Source: an uncultured Elusimicrobia bacterium
Lineage (GTDB): Bacteria; Elusimicrobiota; Elusimicrobia; UBA1565; UBA9628
Length of the DNA stretch: 64,000 nt
NCBI GenBank assembly: GCA_964358485.1
Contig: CAYHPY010000004.1
Span: 10,796-74,795, forward strand
Reading direction: 5' to 3'
Part shown: piece after piece, positions 55,200 to 64,000 of the stretch
How positions within the stretch are numbered: the stretch's first letter is position 1
Layout: each line of letters opens with the position of its first letter
The notes under the pieces: model-generated
Seen by the model: only the letters and a program-made list of their open reading frames with translations
What the model was told of the DNA's origin: nothing
Databases searched by the model: none
Translations under genes and position numbers: made by a program

Positions 55200-58100
55200 A
55201 TGCGAGGATTTCAATTTGGGCGGACCGGGCTCTTTTTGGGGCTGTTGTCCGCCCTACTCTGCGCCCAGGCCTCTAGGGCCTCCGCCGCCGTCTTCGCCGA
55301 CCGCTACTCCCACTCCTCGACCCTCCTGGCCGATGGAAACATCCTGATCGCGGGCGGTTTCGTGGGCGGCGCCGCCTCCGGCAATACGCAGCTGCGGGTC
55401 GACATGCGCGACACCTACCTCAATCTCGCCCCCATGGCCGTCGCCCGGGCCTCTCACACCGCCACCTTGCTGCCGGACGGGCGGGTCCTGGTGGCCGGCG
55501 GTTTCGACGGAGCCGTCGCCGTCACCGGCGCCGAATTTTACAACCCGGTCACCAACGCCTGGACCGCGGCGGGAGCCATGAACAACGCCCGCTACAACCA
55601 CACCGCCACCCTGCTTCGAAACGGAAACGTCCTGCTTTGCGGCGGCCAAACCCAGACCGGGGCGCTCCAAGCGAAGTGCGAAATCTTCAACATCACCACG
55701 GGCTTTCAGGCCGCCGGCAGCGTGCCGGACATGCTCACCCCCCGCACTCACCACACCGCGACCCTCGTCGAGGGCGGGCGCGTCTTCTTCACCGGGGGCT
55801 TCAGCGCCGCCGTGACCCCCAATTACATGCCCCTGTCCGAGGTCTTCGATTCCACCGCGGTGGCCACCGGGGCCAACTGCGTGGCCGGGGTGGGCTGCTT
55901 CATCCCCGCCCGCCCTTTGAACGAAGGCCGGGCCTACAATACCGCCACCTCGATGGGAAACGGGAAGGTCATGATCGCGGGCGGCTATTCCGGGCGCGAG
56001 CGCGATGGGAGCCGGGGCTACCTGGAAAGCACCGAGATCTACGACCCGATCGCCGATTCGATGATCACCGCCCCCGCCTTGAAGACCCGGATGATGGGCC
56101 ACACCGCCACCATGTGGAATGACGGGCAAATGCTCGTCTACGGAGGCCTCGGAAACATCACGACCACCTACTTGACCGGGGGCTACACCATCAACAACGG
56201 AAGCCTTCTGACCGGGCGCTTCGTTCTCCCCAGCGGCGCGGCCGGTTCCCTTTCCACGATGACCGTCCCGGCCGCGGCCACTCCTTCCGTCATCTCCGTG
56301 ACCATGGATTTCCCGCTTTCGGTCCCGGTCACCGGGAGCATCCATCGGGGACGGATTCTGTTCTCCACCCCCTCGATCACCTTCCCGGACGGGGTGGCCT
56401 ATCTGAATTGGGCGACCTCGGGAACCCTCACCAACGGCCTCCAGGCCGATCTCGCGGGAGTTCGGGTGGGGTGCACCCCCACCGGAACCTGCGGGAAAAT
56501 CACGGAAACCTTCCTTCTAAAGCAGATTACCGGGGTCTACGCGATGCGGGACCGCGCCACCTCGGTCTACCAATTCTTCGCCACCCAAGGCTCCTTCACC
56601 TTCATCGGCGGGAACATCACCCCCACCTCCCCGGCCCGGACCGTGACCGACGGCTACATCCACGGACCGGTCCAAATCCCCGTCCCCGGGGATTACATCG
56701 GAGCCAGCATTTCCAGCGGAACCTTCACCATCACCAGCGGCAGTTTCGCCAAGCTTTCGACCGGAACCGTCAGCATGATCCAGGGGGGCTACCTGGTCAT
56801 TCCCGCGGGGACGACGATCGTCGCCGATCCGACCGTTCCGGGGGGGGGCATGATCAGCCTCGCCTCGGGGGATTTCAACCGCATCATCGGCACGGTGGTG
56901 GGAAACGGCGCCGTCGAGTCGGCGTCTTCGGTCCAATGCGTTCCCGACGGGGCGACGGCCCCGGGCTGTTCGAACGTCTCCTATGTCAGCACCGTGGCGT
57001 TTTCCGCCTCGGGGAATTTGAAATTCGTGGTCGACCGGATCGACCTTTCCGGGAAGTTCCTGAACGTGGACAAATCGACGGTCATCATCGAGTCCATGGT
57101 CTTCAGCGATTTGCAAAAATTCTCCCCGAAAGACAATCAGTGGGCCGTCACCGCCGAGGGCCGCGGGGCGATTTCCCAATTCAACCACACCGCCGTTTTG
57201 TCGCCCACCTCCTCAATCAAATTCCTGGGCGGCCGCACCTGCGACAACACCGGCACCTGCGCCGTCCTGGTCGCCACCTCCGCCACGACCCTCCTGGGAA
57301 AGCTCGATACCTGGACGGCCGGCGGCAATATGGCCAACCCCCGCGGCCACCACACCGCCACGGTCCTTCCGACCGGGAAGGTCCTTGTGGCGGGGGGCAC
57401 CGACGGCCCCAACACCTGGGCCAGCGCCGAACTCTACAACCCCACGAGCCGGACTTTCGCCGCGACCGGTTCGATGAAACACGCCCGGGACCTGCACACC
57501 TCCAGCCTCCTTCCCAGCGGGCGGGTCCTGGTGGCGGGGGGTTTCTCTCCCGGAACGGCCAGCACGGGCGCCACCAACACCTCCGAAATATACTATCCCG
57601 ACTCCGCCGTCTGGATTCCCACCTCGGTCATGATCTCCTCCCGGGACAGCCACACCGCCACCGTCCTGCCCGACGGCAACGTCCTGGTGGCCGGGGGCTA
57701 CAACCGCGGGGTCTACCAGAATACCGCGGAAATTTTTTACTCCACGGCGGGGGTCTGGCGGCAGATCGCCAACATGCCGAACCGGCGGGCCAATCACACC
57801 GCCACCCTCCTGCCCAGCGGGGAGGTCCTCCTTTACGGGGGCATCAACGAGACGGGGGTGCTGGGCGCGCCGGTGTCCTACAATCCGATCACCGGCCTCT
57901 GGTCGGCCCGCACCAACACCACCTTCACGATCAACCGCACCTATCACCACACCGCCACCCTGCTTCCCAGCGGAGAGGTGCTCTTCCTGTTCGGCAACGA
58001 CGGGACGGGAACCATGGGAGTGGGTCAGCCCTATTTCCGCGAGATCTACGATCCCCTCTCCGACCTCTGGAGAACGGCCGCCGCTCAAGACATCGAGGCC

Positions 58101-61070
58101 GCCTTCAACCAGACCGCCACCCTTTTGCCCAACGGAATCGTTTTGATGACGGGCGGCGCGCACACCGCCATCGGGTCCGGCGAACTGGCCGACAACCGGG
58201 TCATCACCTACGACGTGACCGCGAGCGCATTCGTCACCGCCCAGGTCATGGGGACCAAACGGGCCTATCACACCGCCACCTTGCTGCCGGACGGCCGGGT
58301 GGCGGCCATCGGCGGCTACAACGGTTCTTCCTTCATTAATTCCAGCGAATCCATCTATTTTACCGGCGGTCCCGACAGCGCGATTTCCGCGACCGCGCCG
58401 AGCCTGCGCCAGCCCTCCATTACCACCGCGAACATGACCCTCTTCCGGGGCGGGGATTCGGTGACGATCCGGGACAAGAACCTGCTCCGCGTCCTGGAGG
58501 GCAGCGGAGGCGGAGCCACCAGCCAATCCTCCCATTCCCACCCCCGCCTCATCCTCCAAGCCCTGGATTCCTCCGGCGGCACGGGGTCCCAGGGCCAAAG
58601 CGGGTTCTTGATCGATCTGACGACCCGGATCTACCAAACCGCCAACATCCCCGGTTCGACCCCCAACAATTGGGCCTCCATCATCGGCACCGATCTGGTC
58701 AACTCCTCGATCACGGTCCGCATGCCCGAACTGTCCACGGGATTCCAATTCTCCACCGCCATGCCCAACGGCTATTACCACATGAGGTTGGTGGCCAACG
58801 CGGTCTACTCCGACAGCCTCCTGGTCCGGGTCGGCCCGCTCCTGCCCGCGGCCGTGACCCAGGCCACCGGAACCGTGCTCTCCAGCACCACCGTTTTCTG
58901 GACCTGGCCCAAGACCGCCTTGGCCGACGAAAGCGGCTACAACATCTTCTACGCCACTTCCGGGATCTTCATTTCCTCCATCCCGGTTCCCACCGGGGCC
59001 GACAGCGCCTCCTACCTTCAAACCGGCCTGGTCCCCAACACCACCGCGGCGCTCATGGTTTCCGCCTTCACCCTCACCGGGGACGGTCCGCTCACGACCT
59101 CGGCCACCACCTACACCCTTTCCACCGCCCCGGTGAGCGTCTCGTTTTCCACGGTCAACGTCAACGACCTGGTCCTTTTCTGGAACCCCAACGGCAACCT
59201 CCCGGGCACGATCTACGAGGTCTCGATGTCCTCCGACGATCCCTCCTCCAACGGCAAAAACCCGTTCACCACCTCGATCTCCACTCCGGTCTCCACCACC
59301 TTCAACTTCATTAAAACGACCGCCACCATCGACAACCTCACGGAAAACACCACCTATTACTTCCGGGTCCGGGCCTGCCGGGGCCACACCATCCTCTCCT
59401 GCGACCCGATCAACCTTTCGAATTTCAGCTACATCTCCTCGGCCACCACCCGCTCCCAGGTCCAAGGCCTCACCGGGACCCCGTGCGCCACGCCCAACGG
59501 CACCACCTGCATCAACTGGACCTGGTCCCCCATCGGCCCCGCCCTGAAGTACCGGGTCTACAACGCCACGACCGGCGTCCGCCTGGACAACGACAATCTC
59601 TCCCAGGCGTCCTTCAGCGACGTCAGCCTGGGGACCAACTGCCCCCGCGCGGTCCGGGTCAGCGCCGTGACCCCCGCCGGGGAAGGACCGCTCTCGCTCT
59701 CCACCACCCGCTACACCTTGGCCGCCATGCCGGGATTGGTCTCGCCGACCTTGACCACCTTGACCTCGGGGACCATCACGGGGCGGTGGGACACCAACGG
59801 CAATCCCCCGAGCGGCAACTCCTGCAACCCCGCGGGAACCACCTACCTGCTCTCCGTCTCCTCGACCTTCTTCGTCACGAGCACGACCAATTCCGTCGTC
59901 CAAACCGGCCTGGGCCTCATGAGCCTGGGCATGGGGAATCTGCCTCCCGCGGAGATCTACGGCGCGACCGTGTCGGCCGTCAACGGCGACGGGCTCGCCT
60001 CGGAATTCTCACGGGACCTGGGTTCCACGGCCACCTGGGCGGTGGAGCCCACGGGCCTGGCCATCACCGGCGCCAACCTGGATTCCGTATCCCTGGCTTG
60101 GTTGTCCAACGGCAACGCCTCCTCGGCCACCTATCAGGTCACCTACTCCACCGACGATCTCGCCGGCAACGGCCTCAATCCGTTCGCCCGCCACATCGCC
60201 ACGGACGCGGCGGCCAATTTCGCCGCCGGGTTCACCGGGCTTTCGGCGACGGTCAGCGGCCTGGACACCAACAAGAAGTACACCTTTCGGGTGCAGGCCC
60301 GCAACACCAGCGGGATCACGACGAATTTCTCCAACCAGGTGGCCACCACCACCCCGAGCGGCGGCGCGGTGACGGGTTCCATCGCCGGAACCCTGAAAGC
60401 CTCCGCGGACTCCGCCGTCACCGGCTCGGTGGGCTCGCCGACGGTGCGGACCGTTTCCCTGAACGCCCCCGCCGGGGCCTTCTCTTCCGACGTGACGGTG
60501 ACCCTTTCGTCCCACGCCTTCAACACCAGCCTTTGCGGCAACACCACCGGGGCCGGAGTTTCCATCTCGGTCAATCCGCCGCTGCAGCCCGTCAAACCCC
60601 TCGTGTTCACCATGACCTACACCACCGCCCCCGTCAACGAGCTCGGGGACATGCCGGCCAACCGGGTGACCCTCCTGCGCTGGGATCCGGTCGCCGCCAA
60701 ATGTGTTCCGATGCCGACGAGCGTCGATCCCCTGCAGGGGCTCATCACGGCGACTCTCAATCACCTTTCGATCTTCGTCCTGGGCCAGGTGGTGCCGTCC
60801 GGGTCGGTGGACACCGCCCGGGTCTTCCCCAATCCCTTCTTCCCGTCCTCCGACAGCTACATCACCTTCGAATTGCTCCCCGCCTACGCCCAGGTCCGGA
60901 TTTGGACCCTCCGGGGAGAGCTTGTGTTCGAGCGCACGGCCGGCGCGACCGGCACCCTGACCTGGAACGGAACCAACCGCTGGGGCAGGGCGGTCGCCAG
61001 CGGGGTGTATTTGGCCACCATCCAGCTGGGCAACGAGAAAAAAATTCTAAAGCTGGTGGTCCTGCGATGA
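55200..61070 (+). CDS. giant (1956-aa) secreted Kelch-repeat beta-propeller / FN3 surface protein with C-terminal T9SS-type sorting domain
   Basis: A signal peptide is followed by more than 12 Kelch-like repeats (HTATLLPDGRVLVAGG pattern) and multiple FN3 units. The C-terminus reads RVFPNPFFP...VRIWTLRGELVF...WNGTNRWGRAVASGVYLATI. Confidence 0.75.
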   Translation: MRGFQFGRTGLFLGLLSALLCAQASRASAAVFADRYSHSSTLLADGNILIAGGFVGGAASGNTQLRVDMRDTYLNLAPMAVARASHTATLLPDGRVLVAGGFDGAVAVTGAEFYNPVTNAWTAAGAMNNARYNHTATLLRNGNVLLCGGQTQTGALQAKCEIFNITTGFQAAGSVPDMLTPRTHHTATLVEGGRVFFTGGFSAAVTPNYMPLSEVFDSTAVATGANCVAGVGCFIPARPLNEGRAYNTATSMGNGKVMIAGGYSGRERDGSRGYLESTEIYDPIADSMITAPALKTRMMGHTATMWNDGQMLVYGGLGNITTTYLTGGYTINNGSLLTGRFVLPSGAAGSLSTMTVPAAATPSVISVTMDFPLSVPVTGSIHRGRILFSTPSITFPDGVAYLNWATSGTLTNGLQADLAGVRVGCTPTGTCGKITETFLLKQITGVYAMRDRATSVYQFFATQGSFTFIGGNITPTSPARTVTDGYIHGPVQIPVPGDYIGASISSGTFTITSGSFAKLSTGTVSMIQGGYLVIPAGTTIVADPTVPGGGMISLASGDFNRIIGTVVGNGAVESASSVQCVPDGATAPGCSNVSYVSTVAFSASGNLKFVVDRIDLSGKFLNVDKSTVIIESMVFSDLQKFSPKDNQWAVTAEGRGAISQFNHTAVLSPTSSIKFLGGRTCDNTGTCAVLVATSATTLLGKLDTWTAGGNMANPRGHHTATVLPTGKVLVAGGTDGPNTWASAELYNPTSRTFAATGSMKHARDLHTSSLLPSGRVLVAGGFSPGTASTGATNTSEIYYPDSAVWIPTSVMISSRDSHTATVLPDGNVLVAGGYNRGVYQNTAEIFYSTAGVWRQIANMPNRRANHTATLLPSGEVLLYGGINETGVLGAPVSYNPITGLWSARTNTTFTINRTYHHTATLLPSGEVLFLFGNDGTGTMGVGQPYFREIYDPLSDLWRTAAAQDIEAAFNQTATLLPNGIVLMTGGAHTAIGSGELADNRVITYDVTASAFVTAQVMGTKRAYHTATLLPDGRVAAIGGYNGSSFINSSESIYFTGGPDSAISATAPSLRQPSITTANMTLFRGGDSVTIRDKNLLRVLEGSGGGATSQSSHSHPRLILQALDSSGGTGSQGQSGFLIDLTTRIYQTANIPGSTPNNWASIIGTDLVNSSITVRMPELSTGFQFSTAMPNGYYHMRLVANAVYSDSLLVRVGPLLPAAVTQATGTVLSSTTVFWTWPKTALADESGYNIFYATSGIFISSIPVPTGADSASYLQTGLVPNTTAALMVSAFTLTGDGPLTTSATTYTLSTAPVSVSFSTVNVNDLVLFWNPNGNLPGTIYEVSMSSDDPSSNGKNPFTTSISTPVSTTFNFIKTTATIDNLTENTTYYFRVRACRGHTILSCDPINLSNFSYISSATTRSQVQGLTGTPCATPNGTTCINWTWSPIGPALKYRVYNATTGVRLDNDNLSQASFSDVSLGTNCPRAVRVSAVTPAGEGPLSLSTTRYTLAAMPGLVSPTLTTLTSGTITGRWDTNGNPPSGNSCNPAGTTYLLSVSSTFFVTSTTNSVVQTGLGLMSLGMGNLPPAEIYGATVSAVNGDGLASEFSRDLGSTATWAVEPTGLAITGANLDSVSLAWLSNGNASSATYQVTYSTDDLAGNGLNPFARHIATDAAANFAAGFTGLSATVSGLDTNKKYTFRVQARNTSGITTNFSNQVATTTPSGGAVTGSIAGTLKASADSAVTGSVGSPTVRTVSLNAPAGAFSSDVTVTLSSHAFNTSLCGNTTGAGVSISVNPPLQPVKPLVFTMTYTTAPVNELGDMPANRVTLLRWDPVAAKCVPMPTSVDPLQGLITATLNHLSIFVLGQVVPSGSVDTARVFPNPFFPSSDSYITFELLPAYAQVRIWTLRGELVFERTAGATGTLTWNGTNRWGRAVASGVYLATIQLGNEKKILKLVVLR

Positions 61071-62074
61071 GGATCTCCCGCCTCGGCCCGCTCGCGGCTC
61101 TGCTCCTGGCCCTGGGAAGCTCGGCCGCCTTCGCCCGCCGACCCCCGGAATTCTCCCGGGATTCGGTGGGCACCACCGGGTCGGAGTTTTTGACCATGGA
61201 CGTCGGGGCCCGCGGCATCGCCATGGGGGGGGCTTACTCGGCCCTGACCGACGACTCCAACTCCCTTTATTGGAACCCCGCGGGTCTGTCGCGGATTCCG
61301 AGGATGTCGGCGTCCTTCACCTATTCCCATTACCTGGCCGATATCTCCTACCAGTCCGGCTCGGTCGCCCGGCGCTTCACCGATTACGGGGTGCTTGGGG
61401 TGGGCTGGCGCTACATGGACATCGGGGAACTCGATCGCGTGGACATTTCCGGCGTCAAAAAAGGCATCTTCCATCCCCGGCACTATGTGGGTGAAGTCGG
61501 CTGGGGCCAGGCCGTCCTCGATCAATCCGACAGCGAAATGGACCTCACGGTCGGGGGGACCATCCGCTGGATCCACTCCGACCTGCTTCTGCACGCCGAC
61601 GGCTTCGGGGGGGACCTGGGCATGCAGTCCCGGTTCTACAAGGGCTCGACGATCTACGATTTCGGCGCCGTCCTCCAAAACCTGGGGCGCGGGCAGAATT
61701 TCAAAAGCGAACGGGACACTCTCCCCTTCCGCATGAAGGTCGGGGCCGCGGTTTACCCGGTCAAGAACCTGGCCCTGTCGGTCGAGGGATTCTTCCCGAT
61801 CTACTCCTATCCCCACGCCGGGGTCGGAGTCGAATACGGGGTCGAACTGCAAAAGGGAATTCGAGTGGCCCTCCGGTCCGGCTTCAACAGCGCGACCATC
61901 GAGAGCCTCGGCGCGCTTTCCACCATGAACATGGGCCTGGGGCTCAAGGTCTCCGATCTCAGCTTCGATTACGGCTTCTCCCCCATGGGAGTCCTTGGGA
62001 CCAACGTCGTCCACCGACTGACCTTCAGCTACAATCTTCCGTCAAAATCCTCCAAACGATATAGGGAGAGATGA
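61067..62074 (+). CDS. PorV/PorQ-like outer-membrane beta-barrel, paralog 3
   Basis: MRISRLGPLAALLLALGSSAAFA is the signal peptide. It carries MDVGARGIAMGGAYSALTDDSNSLYWNPAGLS and an ATGA overlap with the giant protein gene. The start may be at 61067 or 61070 (±3 nt). Confidence 0.7.
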   Translation: MRISRLGPLAALLLALGSSAAFARRPPEFSRDSVGTTGSEFLTMDVGARGIAMGGAYSALTDDSNSLYWNPAGLSRIPRMSASFTYSHYLADISYQSGSVARRFTDYGVLGVGWRYMDIGELDRVDISGVKKGIFHPRHYVGEVGWGQAVLDQSDSEMDLTVGGTIRWIHSDLLLHADGFGGDLGMQSRFYKGSTIYDFGAVLQNLGRGQNFKSERDTLPFRMKVGAAVYPVKNLALSVEGFFPIYSYPHAGVGVEYGVELQKGIRVALRSGFNSATIESLGALSTMNMGLGLKVSDLSFDYGFSPMGVLGTNVVHRLTFSYNLPSKSSKRYRER

Positions 62075-63636
62075 TGCCCCCCGACCCCCCCGAACCGCCC
62101 TTTCCGCCCGGAGGTCCCCTTCCTCCTCCCCGGGGGCCCCGGCCCGTCCCGCCCGCTCCGCCCCCTCCGGAACTCCTGCGGCCCGCCTCCCCGCACGTCC
62201 CGCTGACGCCCATGATGGATTTTCTCCAGCGCCGGCTGGAATCCCTCGAAACGGAACTTCAGGTGGAGCGGGAACGCTCCCAGTCCGCCCATAACCTTCT
62301 CACGCAGCAGGACAGCATGCGCGAGCAGGTCGAGTCCCAGCTCAAGGCCATGGCCGACCAGCTTCGGCGGGAGAAGTCCGAGCGGGACAACGAAGAAACC
62401 CGTTCCCATTCCCGGGGGCGCATCGACGCGCTGGAAAAGCGCCTGGACGAGATGCATCAGACCTGGGCGGGGCTCCTCAAGGAGGCCGTAGCCGGGGGCG
62501 GACGCCCCGAGGAATGGTCCAAGGTCAAGGACGAAATGGCCCGGATCAAGGACTCCCTGGCGCTGGTTCCCCAGGCGGTGGGAGAACTGCGCGATTGGGC
62601 CGCCCGCGCGCCGGCCGACGAGCTTCGGGTGGAGGAGCGCCTGGGCGCCATGGTCACCCGCCTGGCGGGTTCCCTGCATGACCAGATGGCGGAGTGGGAC
62701 CGCCGCCGCGGGATCGAGCTCGAGCACCAGAAGGAAGGCCTGCGCGCCTTGGAGCGGGAGCGAGCCGCCCTGCAGGAGGCCTGGGAGGGGGAATCCCGGA
62801 GCATGCGCAACCGGGACGCCCAGGAACGCCTCCTCCAGGAAAAACGCCTGGATGAGAAAGTCCGGGAGCTCGATAAGAGCCTGGCGGCGATCAAGGAAGG
62901 GCAGTCCTCGATCACGAAGGATTCGCAGGAGGTCCGCGCCCTGCTGGGCCGCGCCGTCGACGCCCTCACCGCCGAGCCCAAGGCGCGGGACCAGGTCATC
63001 GCCGACCTCGAGGAAGAAAATCGCGCCGTGGTCAAGTCCCTCCGGGAGCGGGGGGAGTCCATGCGCCGCTTCGCCGAGGAGCGCCGCCAGATCGAGGCCA
63101 GCATGGGCGCCAGCCTCATCGAGCTGACGGGCGCCGTGGAGGCCGAACGGGAGAAAACTCGGGAGGCCGCGCGCGCGGCCTCCGGCTGGAAATCCGAAAT
63201 CGCCGCCCTCCAGGACCGTCTGAGCGCCGCCGAAAGGGCCCTCCACGACAAAGACGCCCTCCTCGACGCCGCCCGGCAGGAGCGGGACTCCCTGCTGCGC
63301 TCGGTGGTGGAGCACGCCTCCCAGCTCCGGTCTCATGTGGACCAGAATTTGAAGGACCAACAGGCCTCCGACGCGCGCCTGCGGCAGTTCCAAGCCCAAG
63401 CCGCGGCCGAGAAACAGAAAGCCTCGGAGGAAGCCGCCTTCGCCTCAGACCTCAAGGCCAAGCTCGGCGCCCTGTCCCAGGAAGTGGCCCGCCTGGTGAT
63501 GGAACGAGACGCCTCCGGGGGACGCCAAAACGCTTGGGAGGGGGAACGGGCCCAGCTCATGGAGACTTTGCGCAAAAAGGAAGAAATGTTGGGCCTTCTC
63601 TCCTCCACCTTCCAAAACCTGATAAAGAAACCCTGA
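62071..63636 (+). CDS. Pro-rich N-terminus / long coiled-coil protein (hypothetical)
   Basis: An ATGA overlap with the barrel gene. ~450 aa of heptad-repeat Glu/Arg/Leu-rich sequence. Confidence 0.55.
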   Translation: MMPPDPPEPPFPPGGPLPPPRGPRPVPPAPPPPELLRPASPHVPLTPMMDFLQRRLESLETELQVERERSQSAHNLLTQQDSMREQVESQLKAMADQLRREKSERDNEETRSHSRGRIDALEKRLDEMHQTWAGLLKEAVAGGGRPEEWSKVKDEMARIKDSLALVPQAVGELRDWAARAPADELRVEERLGAMVTRLAGSLHDQMAEWDRRRGIELEHQKEGLRALERERAALQEAWEGESRSMRNRDAQERLLQEKRLDEKVRELDKSLAAIKEGQSSITKDSQEVRALLGRAVDALTAEPKARDQVIADLEEENRAVVKSLRERGESMRRFAEERRQIEASMGASLIELTGAVEAEREKTREAARAASGWKSEIAALQDRLSAAERALHDKDALLDAARQERDSLLRSVVEHASQLRSHVDQNLKDQQASDARLRQFQAQAAAEKQKASEEAAFASDLKAKLGALSQEVARLVMERDASGGRQNAWEGERAQLMETLRKKEEMLGLLSSTFQNLIKKP

Positions 63637-63653
63637 TTTTGTAGAATCGCCCC

Positions 63654-64000
63654 ATGAAGGCGATCGTCATTCGAAAACACGGCGGCCCGGAGGCGTTGGA
63701 GGCCGCGGAGCTTGCGAACCCCGAACCCGGTCTCGGGGAAGTCCTCCTCAGGGTCAGGGCTTGCGCCCTCAACCACCTCGACATCTGGGTCCGCGACGGC
63801 ATTCCGGCCTATAAAATCCCCCTGCCCCACATCCTCGGCTGCGACGCCGCCGGGGAGGTCGCGGCCCTCGGCCCGGGCGTTTCTGGCTTGAAGAAGGGCC
63901 AACGCGTGGCCGTGGCCCCGGGCCGGTCCTGCGGCGTCTGCGACGCCTGCCTGGAAGGCGCCGACAACCGCTGTCCCCGGTATGGGATTATCGGAGCCCA
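63654..64000 (+). CDS. zinc-binding alcohol dehydrogenase / quinone oxidoreductase (MDR superfamily), 5' part
   Basis: MKAIVIRKHGGPEALE...LLRVRACALNHLDIWVRDG...C..C..C.....C is a structural-zinc Cys cluster. It runs off the window end. Confidence 0.85.
   Translation, partial: MKAIVIRKHGGPEALEAAELANPEPGLGEVLLRVRACALNHLDIWVRDGIPAYKIPLPHILGCDAAGEVAALGPGVSGLKKGQRVAVAPGRSCGVCDACLEGADNRCPRYGIIGA

Noticed and set aside
61067-61070. Ambiguity of the barrel paralog 3 start (61067 ATG by sequence vs 61070 in the ORF track)
   Set aside because: The 3-nt discrepancy is in-frame and does not affect the interpretation. ATG overlapping the upstream TGA is taken as the start.

Overview
This is a 64-kb, gene-dense, high-GC (~67%) bacterial chromosomal window with no rRNA and no CRISPR. 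I did not find a bounded mobile element. Phylum is not determinable; the T9SS-type C-terminal sorting domains and PorV-like barrels suggest an FCB-superphylum-like or candidate lineage, which is inference only.

Many of the long ORFs in the six-frame track are antisense or alternate-frame GC artefacts. The real genes show frequent 4-nt start/stop overlaps (ATGA, GTGA, TAATG), consistent with translational coupling.

- **Housekeeping core (1-9981).** A ribosomal operon reads rpsP-KH-trmD-rplS with no rimM, followed by def-fmt-PASTA-rpe. Further along are an APC permease fused to a Usp domain, a PTS-EIIA-type regulator, hemD, an IMPase, and a TauE/DUF1634 pair.
- **Accessory region.** A secreted flavin amine oxidase with an N-terminal CxxCH motif is coupled to a CARDB-caspase (C14) protein. 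Also present are a PPTase, an acyl-CoA carboxyltransferase, an orphan OmpR regulator with a clear sigma70 promoter, and a perfect 24-bp-stem bidirectional terminator. These are followed by a membrane-fused spermidine-synthase-like protein, an M28 peptidase, a glycoside-hydrolase-like protein and a DUF2891-like protein.
- **Peptide-uptake supercluster (25.2-38.3 kb).** In order: an AsnC RAM-only protein, OppD, OppF, an OPT transporter, three tandem family-5 substrate-binding proteins, OppB, OppC and an acyl-CoA ligase.
- **Central-metabolism genes.** These include a CCA/poly(A) nucleotidyltransferase, pepA, folE, a CDGSH protein, tRNA-Gly(CCC), a TPR-SpoIID protein, and a BadF-ATPase-rpiB-pgi-kdsC block.

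The most interesting signal recurs three times. A PorV-like outer-membrane beta-barrel paralog sits immediately 3' of, and overlaps, a large exported protein. In two cases that protein is a giant surface protein (FN3/LamG, and Kelch/FN3) ending in a T9SS-type C-terminal sorting domain. This looks like dedicated cargo-barrel surface-display cassettes.

Two secondary oddities stand out.
- A pair of ~45-nt palindromic repeats brackets a low-GC, structured ~350-nt non-coding segment next to the tRNA.
- A ~95-nt low-GC island is conserved at nucleotide level in all three SBP paralogs.

Coordinates derived by hand-counting may be off by 1-3 nt.
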